Positions 1 through 8,010 of a stretch of 64,000 nucleotides of DNA are shown piece after piece; positions within the stretch are counted from its first letter, which is position 1, and every line of letters begins with the position of its first letter. The position numbers and the translations under genes were made by a program. Source of the DNA: Gammaproteobacteria bacterium (GTDB lineage Bacteria > Pseudomonadota > Gammaproteobacteria > Xanthomonadales > SZUA-36); contig JAJFLB010000034.1 of the NCBI GenBank assembly GCA_021772915.1, positions 52,631 to 116,630 on the forward strand, written 5' to 3'. The notes under the pieces were generated by a model, which saw only the letters and a list, made by a program, of their open reading frames with translations, did no database searches and was not told the DNA's origin.

Positions 1-64
1 ACCACAGTTTGTACTTGCGAAGTCACATTGAAGCAGCGTGAGTATCCCAAGGAGATCCGGAGTC

Positions 65-1945
65 ATGGTTCGTAATGCTGTCCAACAACTAATAGCCGGG
101 TCTCTTTCCCGCCGCGAGTTCACAGCCGCCCTGGCAAGCCTCGGTGTCGGCGCAACAGCAGCCGGACAATTTGCAGACGTGCTTGCGGCCAATCCAAGGC
201 CACCCGAATCTATTGAACTGGCCGGCGTCACGGGCGGACAAATCACCTGTGAGACATTGAAGCTTTGGGATGTTGAATACGTGTTTGGCAACACCGGCGC
301 TTACGAAGCCGGTTTTGTGGACGCACTCGTTGACCACCCGGATATTCATTATGTGCTCGGTCTACAGGAGGGCTCAGTGATGGCGATGGCCGATGGGTAT
401 GCACGCGCCACCGGCAAAACTGCGTTCGTCAATGTCCACTCGATCACCGGTACGGCCAATGCCCTGGGTCTGATCGTCAACGCCTGGGCAGACGCCTCAC
501 CCGTGGTGGTCAGTGTCGGCTTCAGTGAGCGCAGCGGGGAAAATCGTGGCGTATTCACCGAGACCAGCAAACTTGAATCCATACCTGAACTGTTTACCAA
601 GCTGTCATTTTTATCCAGTCACGGCGAAAACCTGGGTGAGTCCCTGCGGCGTGCATTTCGACTTGCGACCGTGCTGCCGTCCGGGCCGGTATTTCTCGGG
701 GTTCCGGCAGACGTTTGGTCAGACAAGGTTGAAAAGACGACCCTGATCCCGGCCAGCCGTACCGATACCCAGGCCCGCATAGCCCCTGCTGTCAGCGCCA
801 TTGACCAGGCAGCTGACTGGCTTACCGAAGCACAAAATCCGCTATTGATCGCCGGTGCAGAATTGCCGCGTTGGGGCGGCCTGCAAGAGTTGGCAAACGT
901 CTCCGACCAACTGGGTGCAGCGGTGAGCGGAGATACGTCCTCCAGCCGTTCATCGATGGGTTTTCCAAGCGACCACCCACGCTATCTTGGCCAACTACGC
1001 AGACCGATAAAGACTGCGGTCCCTTACGATGTGGTCCTGATCGCTGGTGCAAGTCGTTTGTCCCTGGCCCGAGGTGGGCATCCACTGGTGCCTGAGGGTG
1101 CCAGGATCATTGAAATCGGTATCCGCGAAGACCATCTCGCCCGGGTCTATCCTGCCGATCTACTGATTTATGCGCATCCAGAGTTGTCTCTGCAGAAATT
1201 ACAGCGGGCGATCAAGGCGCGCAAACCGAACAAAAACCGTAGACTGGCCAACGGCCGCGCAGCCACGGAACTGTCCAACAAACGCCGCGACGAACTCAAA
1301 ACCGTCCTGAAGAAGGTTTGGGATTCCACACCATTGGCGCCGGAACGTCTGGCGACCGAAATCGATGCAGTGATTGACAAGGATGCCGTGGTGGTGACCG
1401 AGGGCGTCACTTCAGATTCTGCGATCACCAACTATATCGGATTTGACCAAGCCGGCGGCGGGCGGCGCCACCTGATTTCCTCCGGCGGCAGTCTTGGCTG
1501 GGGTGTTGGTGCCGGCATTGGTGCCAGACTCGGCTTACCTGGAAAGCAGGTGATCGTACTGCTCGGTGATGGCAGTTTTCAATTTGCGGTCCAGGCGTTG
1601 TGGACGGCCAGGCGTTTCGAAGTGCCCCTGATCATCGTAATCTTCAACAACCGGGGCTACCAGGCCAATCGCTGGGCGCTGGCCCGGCTGAAAAATCGGG
1701 CGGTGGCCACCGGAAAGTACATCGGTATCAGTCTTGAGGATCCGGATATAGATCACGTAGGTATTGCACGGGCCTACGGTCTGGAGGGTGAGCGGGTAGA
1801 GCAGCCCGGTGATCTTGAGGCGGCCCTGCAACGTGCGATGGCTGCAGAAAAACAAGGTCGGGCATATGTCCTTGACGTATTGATCGACAAACGTGGTGGC
1901 GGTGCGGATTCAAGCTGGCATGAAAAACATGTGCCGTCATTCTGA
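65..1945 (+). CDS. Thiamine-diphosphate-dependent enzyme (acetolactate synthase / benzoylformate decarboxylase superfamily) with an N-terminal twin-arginine (Tat)-like signal
   Basis: ORF 38..1945. ThDP-binding motif LLGDGSFQF...NNRGY near the C-terminus and a three-domain length. AAGGAG at 49-54 sits 10 nt upstream of the ATG at 65 and favours that start. N-terminus ...SLSRREFTAALASLGVGATAAG fits S/T-R-R-x-F plus a hydrophobic stretch. Confidence 0.8.
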   Translation: MVRNAVQQLIAGSLSRREFTAALASLGVGATAAGQFADVLAANPRPPESIELAGVTGGQITCETLKLWDVEYVFGNTGAYEAGFVDALVDHPDIHYVLGLQEGSVMAMADGYARATGKTAFVNVHSITGTANALGLIVNAWADASPVVVSVGFSERSGENRGVFTETSKLESIPELFTKLSFLSSHGENLGESLRRAFRLATVLPSGPVFLGVPADVWSDKVEKTTLIPASRTDTQARIAPAVSAIDQAADWLTEAQNPLLIAGAELPRWGGLQELANVSDQLGAAVSGDTSSSRSSMGFPSDHPRYLGQLRRPIKTAVPYDVVLIAGASRLSLARGGHPLVPEGARIIEIGIREDHLARVYPADLLIYAHPELSLQKLQRAIKARKPNKNRRLANGRAATELSNKRRDELKTVLKKVWDSTPLAPERLATEIDAVIDKDAVVVTEGVTSDSAITNYIGFDQAGGGRRHLISSGGSLGWGVGAGIGARLGLPGKQVIVLLGDGSFQFAVQALWTARRFEVPLIIVIFNNRGYQANRWALARLKNRAVATGKYIGISLEDPDIDHVGIARAYGLEGERVEQPGDLEAALQRAMAAEKQGRAYVLDVLIDKRGGGADSSWHEKHVPSF

Positions 1946-2021
1946 AAGAGGCTCTTTGTGGGTATTTACTGGTCTAACCACCGAATGAAACGGGGGCCCG
2001 AGTCAAGACCCCCAACGCCGG
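1891..2021. repeat. 131-bp direct repeat, copy A (last 18 codons of the ThDP-enzyme gene, intergenic DNA, last codons of ubiX on the other strand)
   Basis: Aligned by eye with 3421..3551 at a constant offset of 1530 bp; 6 mismatches in 131 positions. Confidence 0.9.
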
Positions 2022-2563
2022 AAGAGATCGTGTTCGATTCCCAGTTGATCCAGCACCTTACCGATGCTTTGATCAATAATGTCCTCAATGCTCTTTGGAC
2101 CATGGTAAAAAGACGGCATGGGCGGTAGTATCGTCGCCCCCAGGTCGGCGCAACGCGCCATCATGTCCAGGTGTCCCTTGTGCAACGGTGTTTCACGCAC
2201 CATCATCACCAACGGGCGCTTTTCCTTCAGGGTTACATCCGCTGCCCTGGTGACCAGATTGTCTGCATAGGAATAGGCGATACCGGACAGCGTTTTAATC
2301 GTACAGGGCGCCACGACCATCCCACGGGTTAGAAACGATCCACTGGCCACGGCGGCGCCAACATCCTTGTTCCTGTAAACCACATCCGCCATTGAACGTA
2401 CCTCTTTAGTCGTATGGTTCGTTTCAATGGCCAGATTACGCCCGGCTGATTCACTCATAACTAAGTGGGTTTCCACTTTGGTGTGTTGCAGGGCCTTTAA
2501 TAGTCGTACACCATAAATGACGCCAGAGGCTCCGGTAATACCAACTACCAAGGGTAAATTCAT
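2003..2563 (-). CDS. ubiX: Flavin prenyltransferase UbiX (prFMN synthase)
   Basis: 186 aa. GITGASGVIYGVRLL, APCTIKTLSGIA, TRAADVTLKEKRPLVMMVRETPLH match E. coli UbiX almost block for block. Confidence 0.9.
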   Translation of the reverse strand: MNLPLVVGITGASGVIYGVRLLKALQHTKVETHLVMSESAGRNLAIETNHTTKEVRSMADVVYRNKDVGAAVASGSFLTRGMVVAPCTIKTLSGIAYSYADNLVTRAADVTLKEKRPLVMMVRETPLHKGHLDMMARCADLGATILPPMPSFYHGPKSIEDIIDQSIGKVLDQLGIEHDLFRRWGS

Positions 2564-2967
2564 GATGTCTGCTCCCGCTTTTGCAGTTCGGTCGCCAATT
2601 GATGAATGATTTCTTGAATCCTGGATCTGATGATACCGATTTCGTCTGGGCTGAGTTCATCCCAGTGAATACCAGCGGTAACAACTACGTGGGCATCCAG
2701 CAAAGCTGACAACTGCTCTGAGACTATTTTAACAACTTCATCTTCTTTGTGACCCGGGAAGGTCAGCACAGAGCAGGTTGCACTTGTCTTATTTCTGTCT
2801 GCCAGGCTGAGTCTTGGCTGGGCAGCGGCGACTGCTCCGATATGTGGCCGGCTGCCGCCCCAAATCCAGACCAGAATATCAGCACCGATCTGCACCGCCC
2901 TGGCCTCGACCACAAGGCTGGTTCCTGTGGTACGGACATGAACTTCGTTGCCAGTGCCGGGATTCAT
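2560..2967 (-). CDS. LpdD-like protein (prenylated-flavin chaperone family), tentative
   Basis: 135 aa. GGSRPHIGAV and VTAGIHWD motifs resemble the GG..PHIG / aGiH.d pattern I recall for LpdD. Start and stop overlap the flanking genes (ATGA-type coupling). Confidence 0.55.
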   Translation of the reverse strand: MNPGTGNEVHVRTTGTSLVVEARAVQIGADILVWIWGGSRPHIGAVAAAQPRLSLADRNKTSATCSVLTFPGHKEDEVVKIVSEQLSALLDAHVVVTAGIHWDELSPDEIGIIRSRIQEIIHQLATELQKREQTS

Positions 2968-3413
2968 CGAATTTCATCGCGGGACGTGGCCAGCTTCTGT
3001 CTGGTGGCATCATTGGTAGTCACAATGGCACTAAAGTGGCGCAATGTGCCATTTTGTTCAAGCTTTTTCGGTTTAAAACCCACCTGCTCTCTGGTTGTTG
3101 AAGTGACTACTCCCAACTTGATACCCACTTCAACCCGGTGGCCGTCCGCCAGGGCCAGAGATTTCCTCAGACCGACTGGTGCCATTACTTCAACGATATT
3201 ATGACCATGAAAATCCAACCCCACTGAAACCCCGCTGACAAAACAGAACCGATCGAGCTTAACCGATACTCCATGTTCCAGCACGGACCAAAGTGTATTA
3301 CTGGCCTGGTGGACGGGACCGTAACCAGGGATGGTTGTATCTGGCTTCAGGTGACCTGTGGGAACGGCAAGGAAGCAACGGTTTCTGACCATCCGACCGG
3401 GCCGCCGATTCAT
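2964..3413 (-). CDS. DUF120 / archaeal-type (CTP-dependent) riboflavin kinase-like protein, divergent
   Basis: HGHNIVEVMAPVGLRKSLALADGHRVEVGI resembles the C-terminal EIIAP..LR..L.L.DGD.V block of archaeal RibK. The GTLN motif is not conserved (NTLW). The track ORF start at 3470 lies inside repeat copy B and is rejected. The ATG at 3413 or 3392 is more plausible. Confidence 0.4.
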   Translation of the reverse strand: MNRRPGRMVRNRCFLAVPTGHLKPDTTIPGYGPVHQASNTLWSVLEHGVSVKLDRFCFVSGVSVGLDFHGHNIVEVMAPVGLRKSLALADGHRVEVGIKLGVVTSTTREQVGFKPKKLEQNGTLRHFSAIVTTNDATRQKLATSRDEIR

Positions 3414-3420
3414 ACCTGAG

Positions 3421-3551
3421 ACGTGGTGGCGGTGCGGATTCAAGCTGGCATGAAAAACACGTGCCGTCATTCTGAAAGAGGTTCTTTGTGGGTATTTGCT
3501 GGTCTAACCACCGAATGACACTGGGGCCCCAGTCAAGACCCCCAACGCCGG
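3421..3551. repeat. 131-bp direct repeat, copy B (orphan duplicate of the ThDP-enzyme gene 3' end)
   Basis: Encodes RGGGADSSWHEKHVPSF-stop, identical to the real C-terminus with one synonymous change. It is followed by an 11-bp-stem hairpin (agactctgacc / ggtcagagtct) at about 3553..3588. Confidence 0.9.
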
Positions 3552-3638
3552 CAGACTCTGACCACCGACTGGAGACAGGGTCAGAGTCTTTCCTGGGAAG
3601 TACCAGGAAAACCGGCGAGAGAGCCCTATCGCTCCGCC

Positions 3639-4391
3639 TTATTTCTCAGCCGAATCCGCCAGTTCCTGCTTCACCTGGTCCAGCCGACGTGCAACCCCGG
3701 CTGACTCTGGTTTGATTTCAACCGCTTTTTGCAAATAGCTGATCGCGGTTTCCAGATCTCCGTTCATCCGACTCAATTCTCCATAAAGGAAATGTCCATC
3801 GAAAGATCTCGGGTCCTCCTCAAGCATGATATCCAGAACCGCAGCGGCCTGATCCATTTTCCGGGCACCTGCCCGGCTGCGGACAATTGAACTCAGTGCC
3901 CGTTCACTGAAATCGTAGCTGTGGGTTCCGTAATACTTCTCTTTGAGAGCAAAGTAAGTCTCCCGAATGGCAGCAACACCCTTTTCATCCGCCGCTTCCG
4001 CCAAAACCTGGTCCAGCATTTTTGGCTTTTGCACGCCACGGTGGCAGGTGACACATTCCACCACGATGTGTTCTTCGGACACTCCACTCAAATGAGTATC
4101 ATTGATTGCTGTTACCATTTTCAGCATTAGCCTGGCTTTCCTTTTTAGTTCTTTGTCATCACTTGCAAAGTCATATTCAGTCAACTGCTGACCTTCTTCA
4201 CCCAGGTGGCAACTTGAACAACGCAGACCAGTGCCCAGCGCAAAGTTGCGCATGGTCGCGCCAAGCTGCCGCGCTGATATATTCTCAGGTAGAACTTTGA
4301 GGTTTTTGGGGTCGTCAAAAATGCCTGCGCTGGCCATACCGGTCAGAAACATCAATAACAATGGGCTGAGTCTGATGAGGGTTGGGGACAT
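3639..4391 (-). CDS. Exported dihaem c-type cytochrome with a C-terminal TPR-like domain
   Basis: Two CxxCH sites (CSSCH, CVTCH). NLKVLP...LGTGLRCSSCH resembles the reaction-centre-cytochrome-like family (from memory). Signal peptide MSPTLIRLSPLLLMFLTGMASA. GGAG lies 9 nt upstream of the ATG at 4391. Confidence 0.75.
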   Translation of the reverse strand: MSPTLIRLSPLLLMFLTGMASAGIFDDPKNLKVLPENISARQLGATMRNFALGTGLRCSSCHLGEEGQQLTEYDFASDDKELKRKARLMLKMVTAINDTHLSGVSEEHIVVECVTCHRGVQKPKMLDQVLAEAADEKGVAAIRETYFALKEKYYGTHSYDFSERALSSIVRSRAGARKMDQAAAVLDIMLEEDPRSFDGHFLYGELSRMNGDLETAISYLQKAVEIKPESAGVARRLDQVKQELADSAEK

Positions 4392-4584
4392 AGACTGATT
4401 CTCCATAGGTGAGTGATGCAGCAAAGATTACCAGCCAATGTTGACATCCGGGTTGGGGTTTTGCGGGGGTTTTGTCAACGTTGTGTCAGGATGTGGCGAA
4501 ACCCCCCAAAATAACGCCGGCATTTGGCGCACATGCTTGCACGCCGTACGCCCGACCCTCAAAATTCAGTCTGAAAGAACTATT

Positions 4585-6180
4585 ATGAAAAAAAGACATT
4601 CATCACGCTGGATTTTCCTGCTGCTGGCATTATTGCTGGTGATCAGCCTGTCACTGGCTTGGCAGGCTGTTGATTCCGTCAGTTCCCATCAGAAAACGGT
4701 CAATGCGGTACTACAGGACTACTCTGAACTGATCATAGATGACTATGTCCGCTCACTAAGGGTGAAGGCGGGTTACGAGGGTCTTTACCGGGTCGCGACA
4801 GCGCTGGGCAGCAGTGAACTGACTGACGCTGATATCAGCAACTGGGAAGCGGAGCGAGTCGCGCAAGTACTGGAGGGTATTGCCCTGCCGCAGGATTGGC
4901 TGGCCGCAAGTTTTAGAGTCACAGGCAATGACACTCCATCGCAGTGGTTATACGGCACACCCGACCCGCAGCTGGCTGAAAGACTCATTTCCCGTATTGA
5001 CCAGAGCGAAGACGATCGTGGTCCATTTCTGGTCTTCCACCTCAAACAGGCAAACAAAACCGGCTTGCAACTCGCCATTCGGGACAAGGCCAATCAGGTG
5101 TTATTCGTGCTGATGCGACCCGCAGTTATCGGGCAGATATTTGCGTCCGTATTCAGCACCGCCCCACTATTGCCATCCTCGTTCGGCAATGCGGCGGAGC
5201 TGCGACCCCATTTGCAAGTCCTGGTCACCGGACCGCTGGATCAAACGGTATTTGAGACTGGCCCACAAAATGACCAGTCCATCGGTGCCAGCCGTACCAT
5301 GGATGCCAGATACGCCGGTCTGTTTGATGGTTATACAGCCAGCATCCATCTTAATCCTTCAGTAGCAGAGGTTCTGGCCATTGGTGAACCCCCCTGGCCC
5401 AGTATGGTCCGAACCGCCCTGTTGCTGATGGTAGCTCTGGTTCTGGGCAGTGCGACGTTTATCCTCATTCGCCGGGATCGCCAGTTAATTGAATTACGCA
5501 GTGAGTTTATTGCCAGGGTGTCGCACGAACTGCGTACCCCGTTGACCCAGATACGCATGTTTACCGAGTCGATTTTGTTGGGTCGATTACCTGACCGCGA
5601 AGGCGAGACCCGGGCCTTGAAGATCATCGACCGCGAAACCCTGCGACTATCGAGACTGGTGGAAAATATCCTGAGCTTTTCCCGGAGTCCCGGTAAACCA
5701 TTGTTACCAGAGCCGGAGCCCTATCCACTGGCGCGGCTGCTTGACCGGCTCAAGGATGAATTTGAGTTGCAGCTGGAGGCCTCCGGTAGCAGCTTGAATA
5801 TTACATGTGATCCCCAGTTTTCTGTTCACCTGAACCGCGACGCCCTGTCACAGCTTTTGACCAACCTGCTGGACAATGCCCTCAAGTACGGCCCGGAAGG
5901 GCAATTGGTCTCGATAACAGCCGAGTTGACTGATGGGCAGTTGGAGGTTTGTGTGCAGGATGAGGGTCCCGGAATTCCCACCGGCGAACAGCAGCAAATC
6001 TGGCAACCGTACTACCGACTGGAGCGGGAACGTGATCGAGGCATTGCCGGCACCGGAATCGGACTGGCAGTTGCCAGTGAACTCGTCGACGCGTTGAACG
6101 CAGAGGTCAGCGTACACAGTGACACCCACGGCAGTAAATTCAGGCTAGTCTTCGCCTCAGCAGGTAACCGTCATGGCTAG
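4585..6180 (+). CDS. Sensor histidine kinase (periplasmic sensor domain, HisKA + HATPase_c)
   Basis: H-box FIARVSHELRTPLT, N-box LLDNALKYG, G-boxes DEGPGIP and GTGIGLAV. Start moved to MKKRHSSRWIFLLL (TM1) at 4585. Confidence 0.85.
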   Translation: MKKRHSSRWIFLLLALLLVISLSLAWQAVDSVSSHQKTVNAVLQDYSELIIDDYVRSLRVKAGYEGLYRVATALGSSELTDADISNWEAERVAQVLEGIALPQDWLAASFRVTGNDTPSQWLYGTPDPQLAERLISRIDQSEDDRGPFLVFHLKQANKTGLQLAIRDKANQVLFVLMRPAVIGQIFASVFSTAPLLPSSFGNAAELRPHLQVLVTGPLDQTVFETGPQNDQSIGASRTMDARYAGLFDGYTASIHLNPSVAEVLAIGEPPWPSMVRTALLLMVALVLGSATFILIRRDRQLIELRSEFIARVSHELRTPLTQIRMFTESILLGRLPDREGETRALKIIDRETLRLSRLVENILSFSRSPGKPLLPEPEPYPLARLLDRLKDEFELQLEASGSSLNITCDPQFSVHLNRDALSQLLTNLLDNALKYGPEGQLVSITAELTDGQLEVCVQDEGPGIPTGEQQQIWQPYYRLERERDRGIAGTGIGLAVASELVDALNAEVSVHSDTHGSKFRLVFASAGNRHG

Positions 6181-6877
6181 AATTCTGGTCATTGAGGACA
6201 ATCGTGACCTGGCCGAAGGTCTGCGGGTCAACCTCGAATTGGAGCAACACAAGGTTGCAATCTGCACCGACGGCGCCAGGGCCATGATAACGATCTCAGA
6301 ACAACGCCCTGAACTGATCGTGCTGGATGTCATGCTACCCAACCAGGACGGTTTTGGCATCCTGCAACAACTGCGAAAGCGCGGTCTGGCTATCCCGGTA
6401 TTGATGCTGACCGCCCGGGGCGAGGAGACCGACAAGGTCAGGGCGCTGCGACTGGGTGCCGATGACTACCTTACCAAGCCGTTTGGATTGCTGGAATTGA
6501 TCGCCAGAATCGAGGCATTGCTACGACGCAGTAACCAGGAAAAACCACCGCCCGTGGGCCGAAAACTACTGTTTGGTGAAGTGGAAGTTGACCAGGCAAC
6601 GCGTCGTGTCTGGCGTAACGGCAATGCCGTCAGCCTGACACCAAGGGAAACGGATCTGTTGTTGACCCTGTCTGAACGGCCAAACCAGGTATGGAGCCGA
6701 CAGTCGCTGCTGAAGAAAGTCTGGGGGCACAGTGTTGAAATAGCCAGTCGCACGGTTGATACACATATCGCTGAACTGCGTCGCAAGCTGGAAGACGACC
6801 CGGCCAACCCCCAGTACCTGCTCACTGCACGCAGCGCAGGATACTGGCTTGATTTGAAATCACCAGCGCAAAACTGA
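6173..6877 (+). CDS. OmpR/PhoB-family response regulator
   Basis: Receiver domain (ILVIEDN, LDVMLP, ...KPF) plus a winged-helix C-terminus (LTPRETDLLLTL...VDTHIAELRRKL). It overlaps the kinase stop. Confidence 0.9.
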   Translation: MARILVIEDNRDLAEGLRVNLELEQHKVAICTDGARAMITISEQRPELIVLDVMLPNQDGFGILQQLRKRGLAIPVLMLTARGEETDKVRALRLGADDYLTKPFGLLELIARIEALLRRSNQEKPPPVGRKLLFGEVEVDQATRRVWRNGNAVSLTPRETDLLLTLSERPNQVWSRQSLLKKVWGHSVEIASRTVDTHIAELRRKLEDDPANPQYLLTARSAGYWLDLKSPAQN

Positions 6878-6903
6878 ACCGGGGCCTGCGGTGCTTGTTG
6901 CGC

Positions 6904-7815
6904 TTATGCACAAAACGAAGAGAGTTTACTGAGGCTTCCGATTTGGCCTGGCCCAATCCGGCAGCAACCGCCAATTATATCTGCACCATTATCCAACCAT
7001 TCTCGTGCCATCAGACTAAACGAACCCGGGTCTGATAAACCCAACCAGGTATTGGAATCTGCGTGGTAAACTTCTCCCGAATTGGGATAAACGACTATTT
7101 TTTTGTGGCCTGATTGTGCCTTGATCGATTTGATCAAACCTGAAATATGTCTTGGTGCGGTGCAATTAACTCCAATTGCAAAAACTGTTGCGTGATCACT
7201 GAATAATGCAACACATTCTTGAATTGGTGAGCCGTCGCTGATATGACTTTCGTCCTTGCACGAAAAAGAGATCCAGGCCGATTTCTCAGTTGTCTTCAAG
7301 ATTTCTGAAAGTACTGCAGCTTCCTTGAAGCTGGGAATGGTTTCGCAGGCAAAAAAGTCTGCATTTGATTGATCCAGAATCTTTATTCTGGGAAGATGAA
7401 AGCGTCTGAGGTTGTTGTTTGCAACCCCATAATCCCCACGATATTCAGAACCATCTGCCAGGTACGCTCCGTAGGGACCAACACTGGCGGCAATCAGGAG
7501 CCTCTGCCCCTTGAACCCGGATGCCACGAAGCGTTTTATTGCTTCCTCTGCCAATTCAACAGATTTCAGTATCAGTGCTTCTGCTCTGGCTTGATCATGG
7601 CCATTTGCCATTAGACCGGGCAGCGAAGCCTGGTAGCTGGAGGTAGTAATGCACCGGGCACCAGACTCCAGGAAGGCCAGGTGCGCCTGAATGATGGCTT
7701 CGGGATTCTCGTCCAGGATCTTTGCGGTCCATAACTTGTGGTTTAAATCACACCCCTGCTTTTCCAGTTCATTGGAAAGGCCTCCGTCTATCAGTAGCGG
7801 GTACTTGATTTTCAC
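6904..7815 (-). CDS. mmuM: Homocysteine S-methyltransferase (MmuM/YbgG type)
   Basis: LIDGGLSNELE, ITTSSYQAS and C-terminal GGCCRIGP zinc-ligand motif. Noticeably more AT-rich than its neighbours. Confidence 0.85.
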   Translation of the reverse strand: MKIKYPLLIDGGLSNELEKQGCDLNHKLWTAKILDENPEAIIQAHLAFLESGARCITTSSYQASLPGLMANGHDQARAEALILKSVELAEEAIKRFVASGFKGQRLLIAASVGPYGAYLADGSEYRGDYGVANNNLRRFHLPRIKILDQSNADFFACETIPSFKEAAVLSEILKTTEKSAWISFSCKDESHISDGSPIQECVALFSDHATVFAIGVNCTAPRHISGLIKSIKAQSGHKKIVVYPNSGEVYHADSNTWLGLSDPGSFSLMAREWLDNGADIIGGCCRIGPGQIGSLSKLSSFCA

Positions 7816-8010
7816 CGGTGCATTACCTGGCTGCGGGTAGTCAATTCTAGTTCATCCTGACAAGAAGGGGTCAGCGTGAGAAGCCAGATTAGGAAAAGCC
7901 GGCTGCTACTACACATCAAAATACAGCTACCTGGCCATTCTTGACCAGGTAGAATTTACCTGGAGACATGGTCAGACTCGTCAATGACAAACAAGTGAGT
8001 TGAAGCTTGC

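Noticed and set aside
2964-3470. Long form of the third cassette ORF, starting MTARVFHASLNPHRHHV
   Set aside because: Its first 17 codons are simply the reverse complement of repeat copy B. The same peptide appears in the antisense ORF 1728..1940 opposite the real ThDP gene end, so this is a repeat artefact. An internal ATG (3413 or 3392) was used instead.
3639-4391. Photosynthetic reaction-centre cytochrome subunit
   Set aside because: It has only two haem sites and a TPR tail, and there are no puf/puh or bacteriochlorophyll genes nearby. The resemblance is at family level only.
4438-4584. N-terminal 49-codon extension of the histidine kinase
   Set aside because: The extension lacks kinase features and precedes an obvious start (MKKRHSSRW plus a TM helix). 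It probably covers the promoter region shared with the divergent cytochrome gene.
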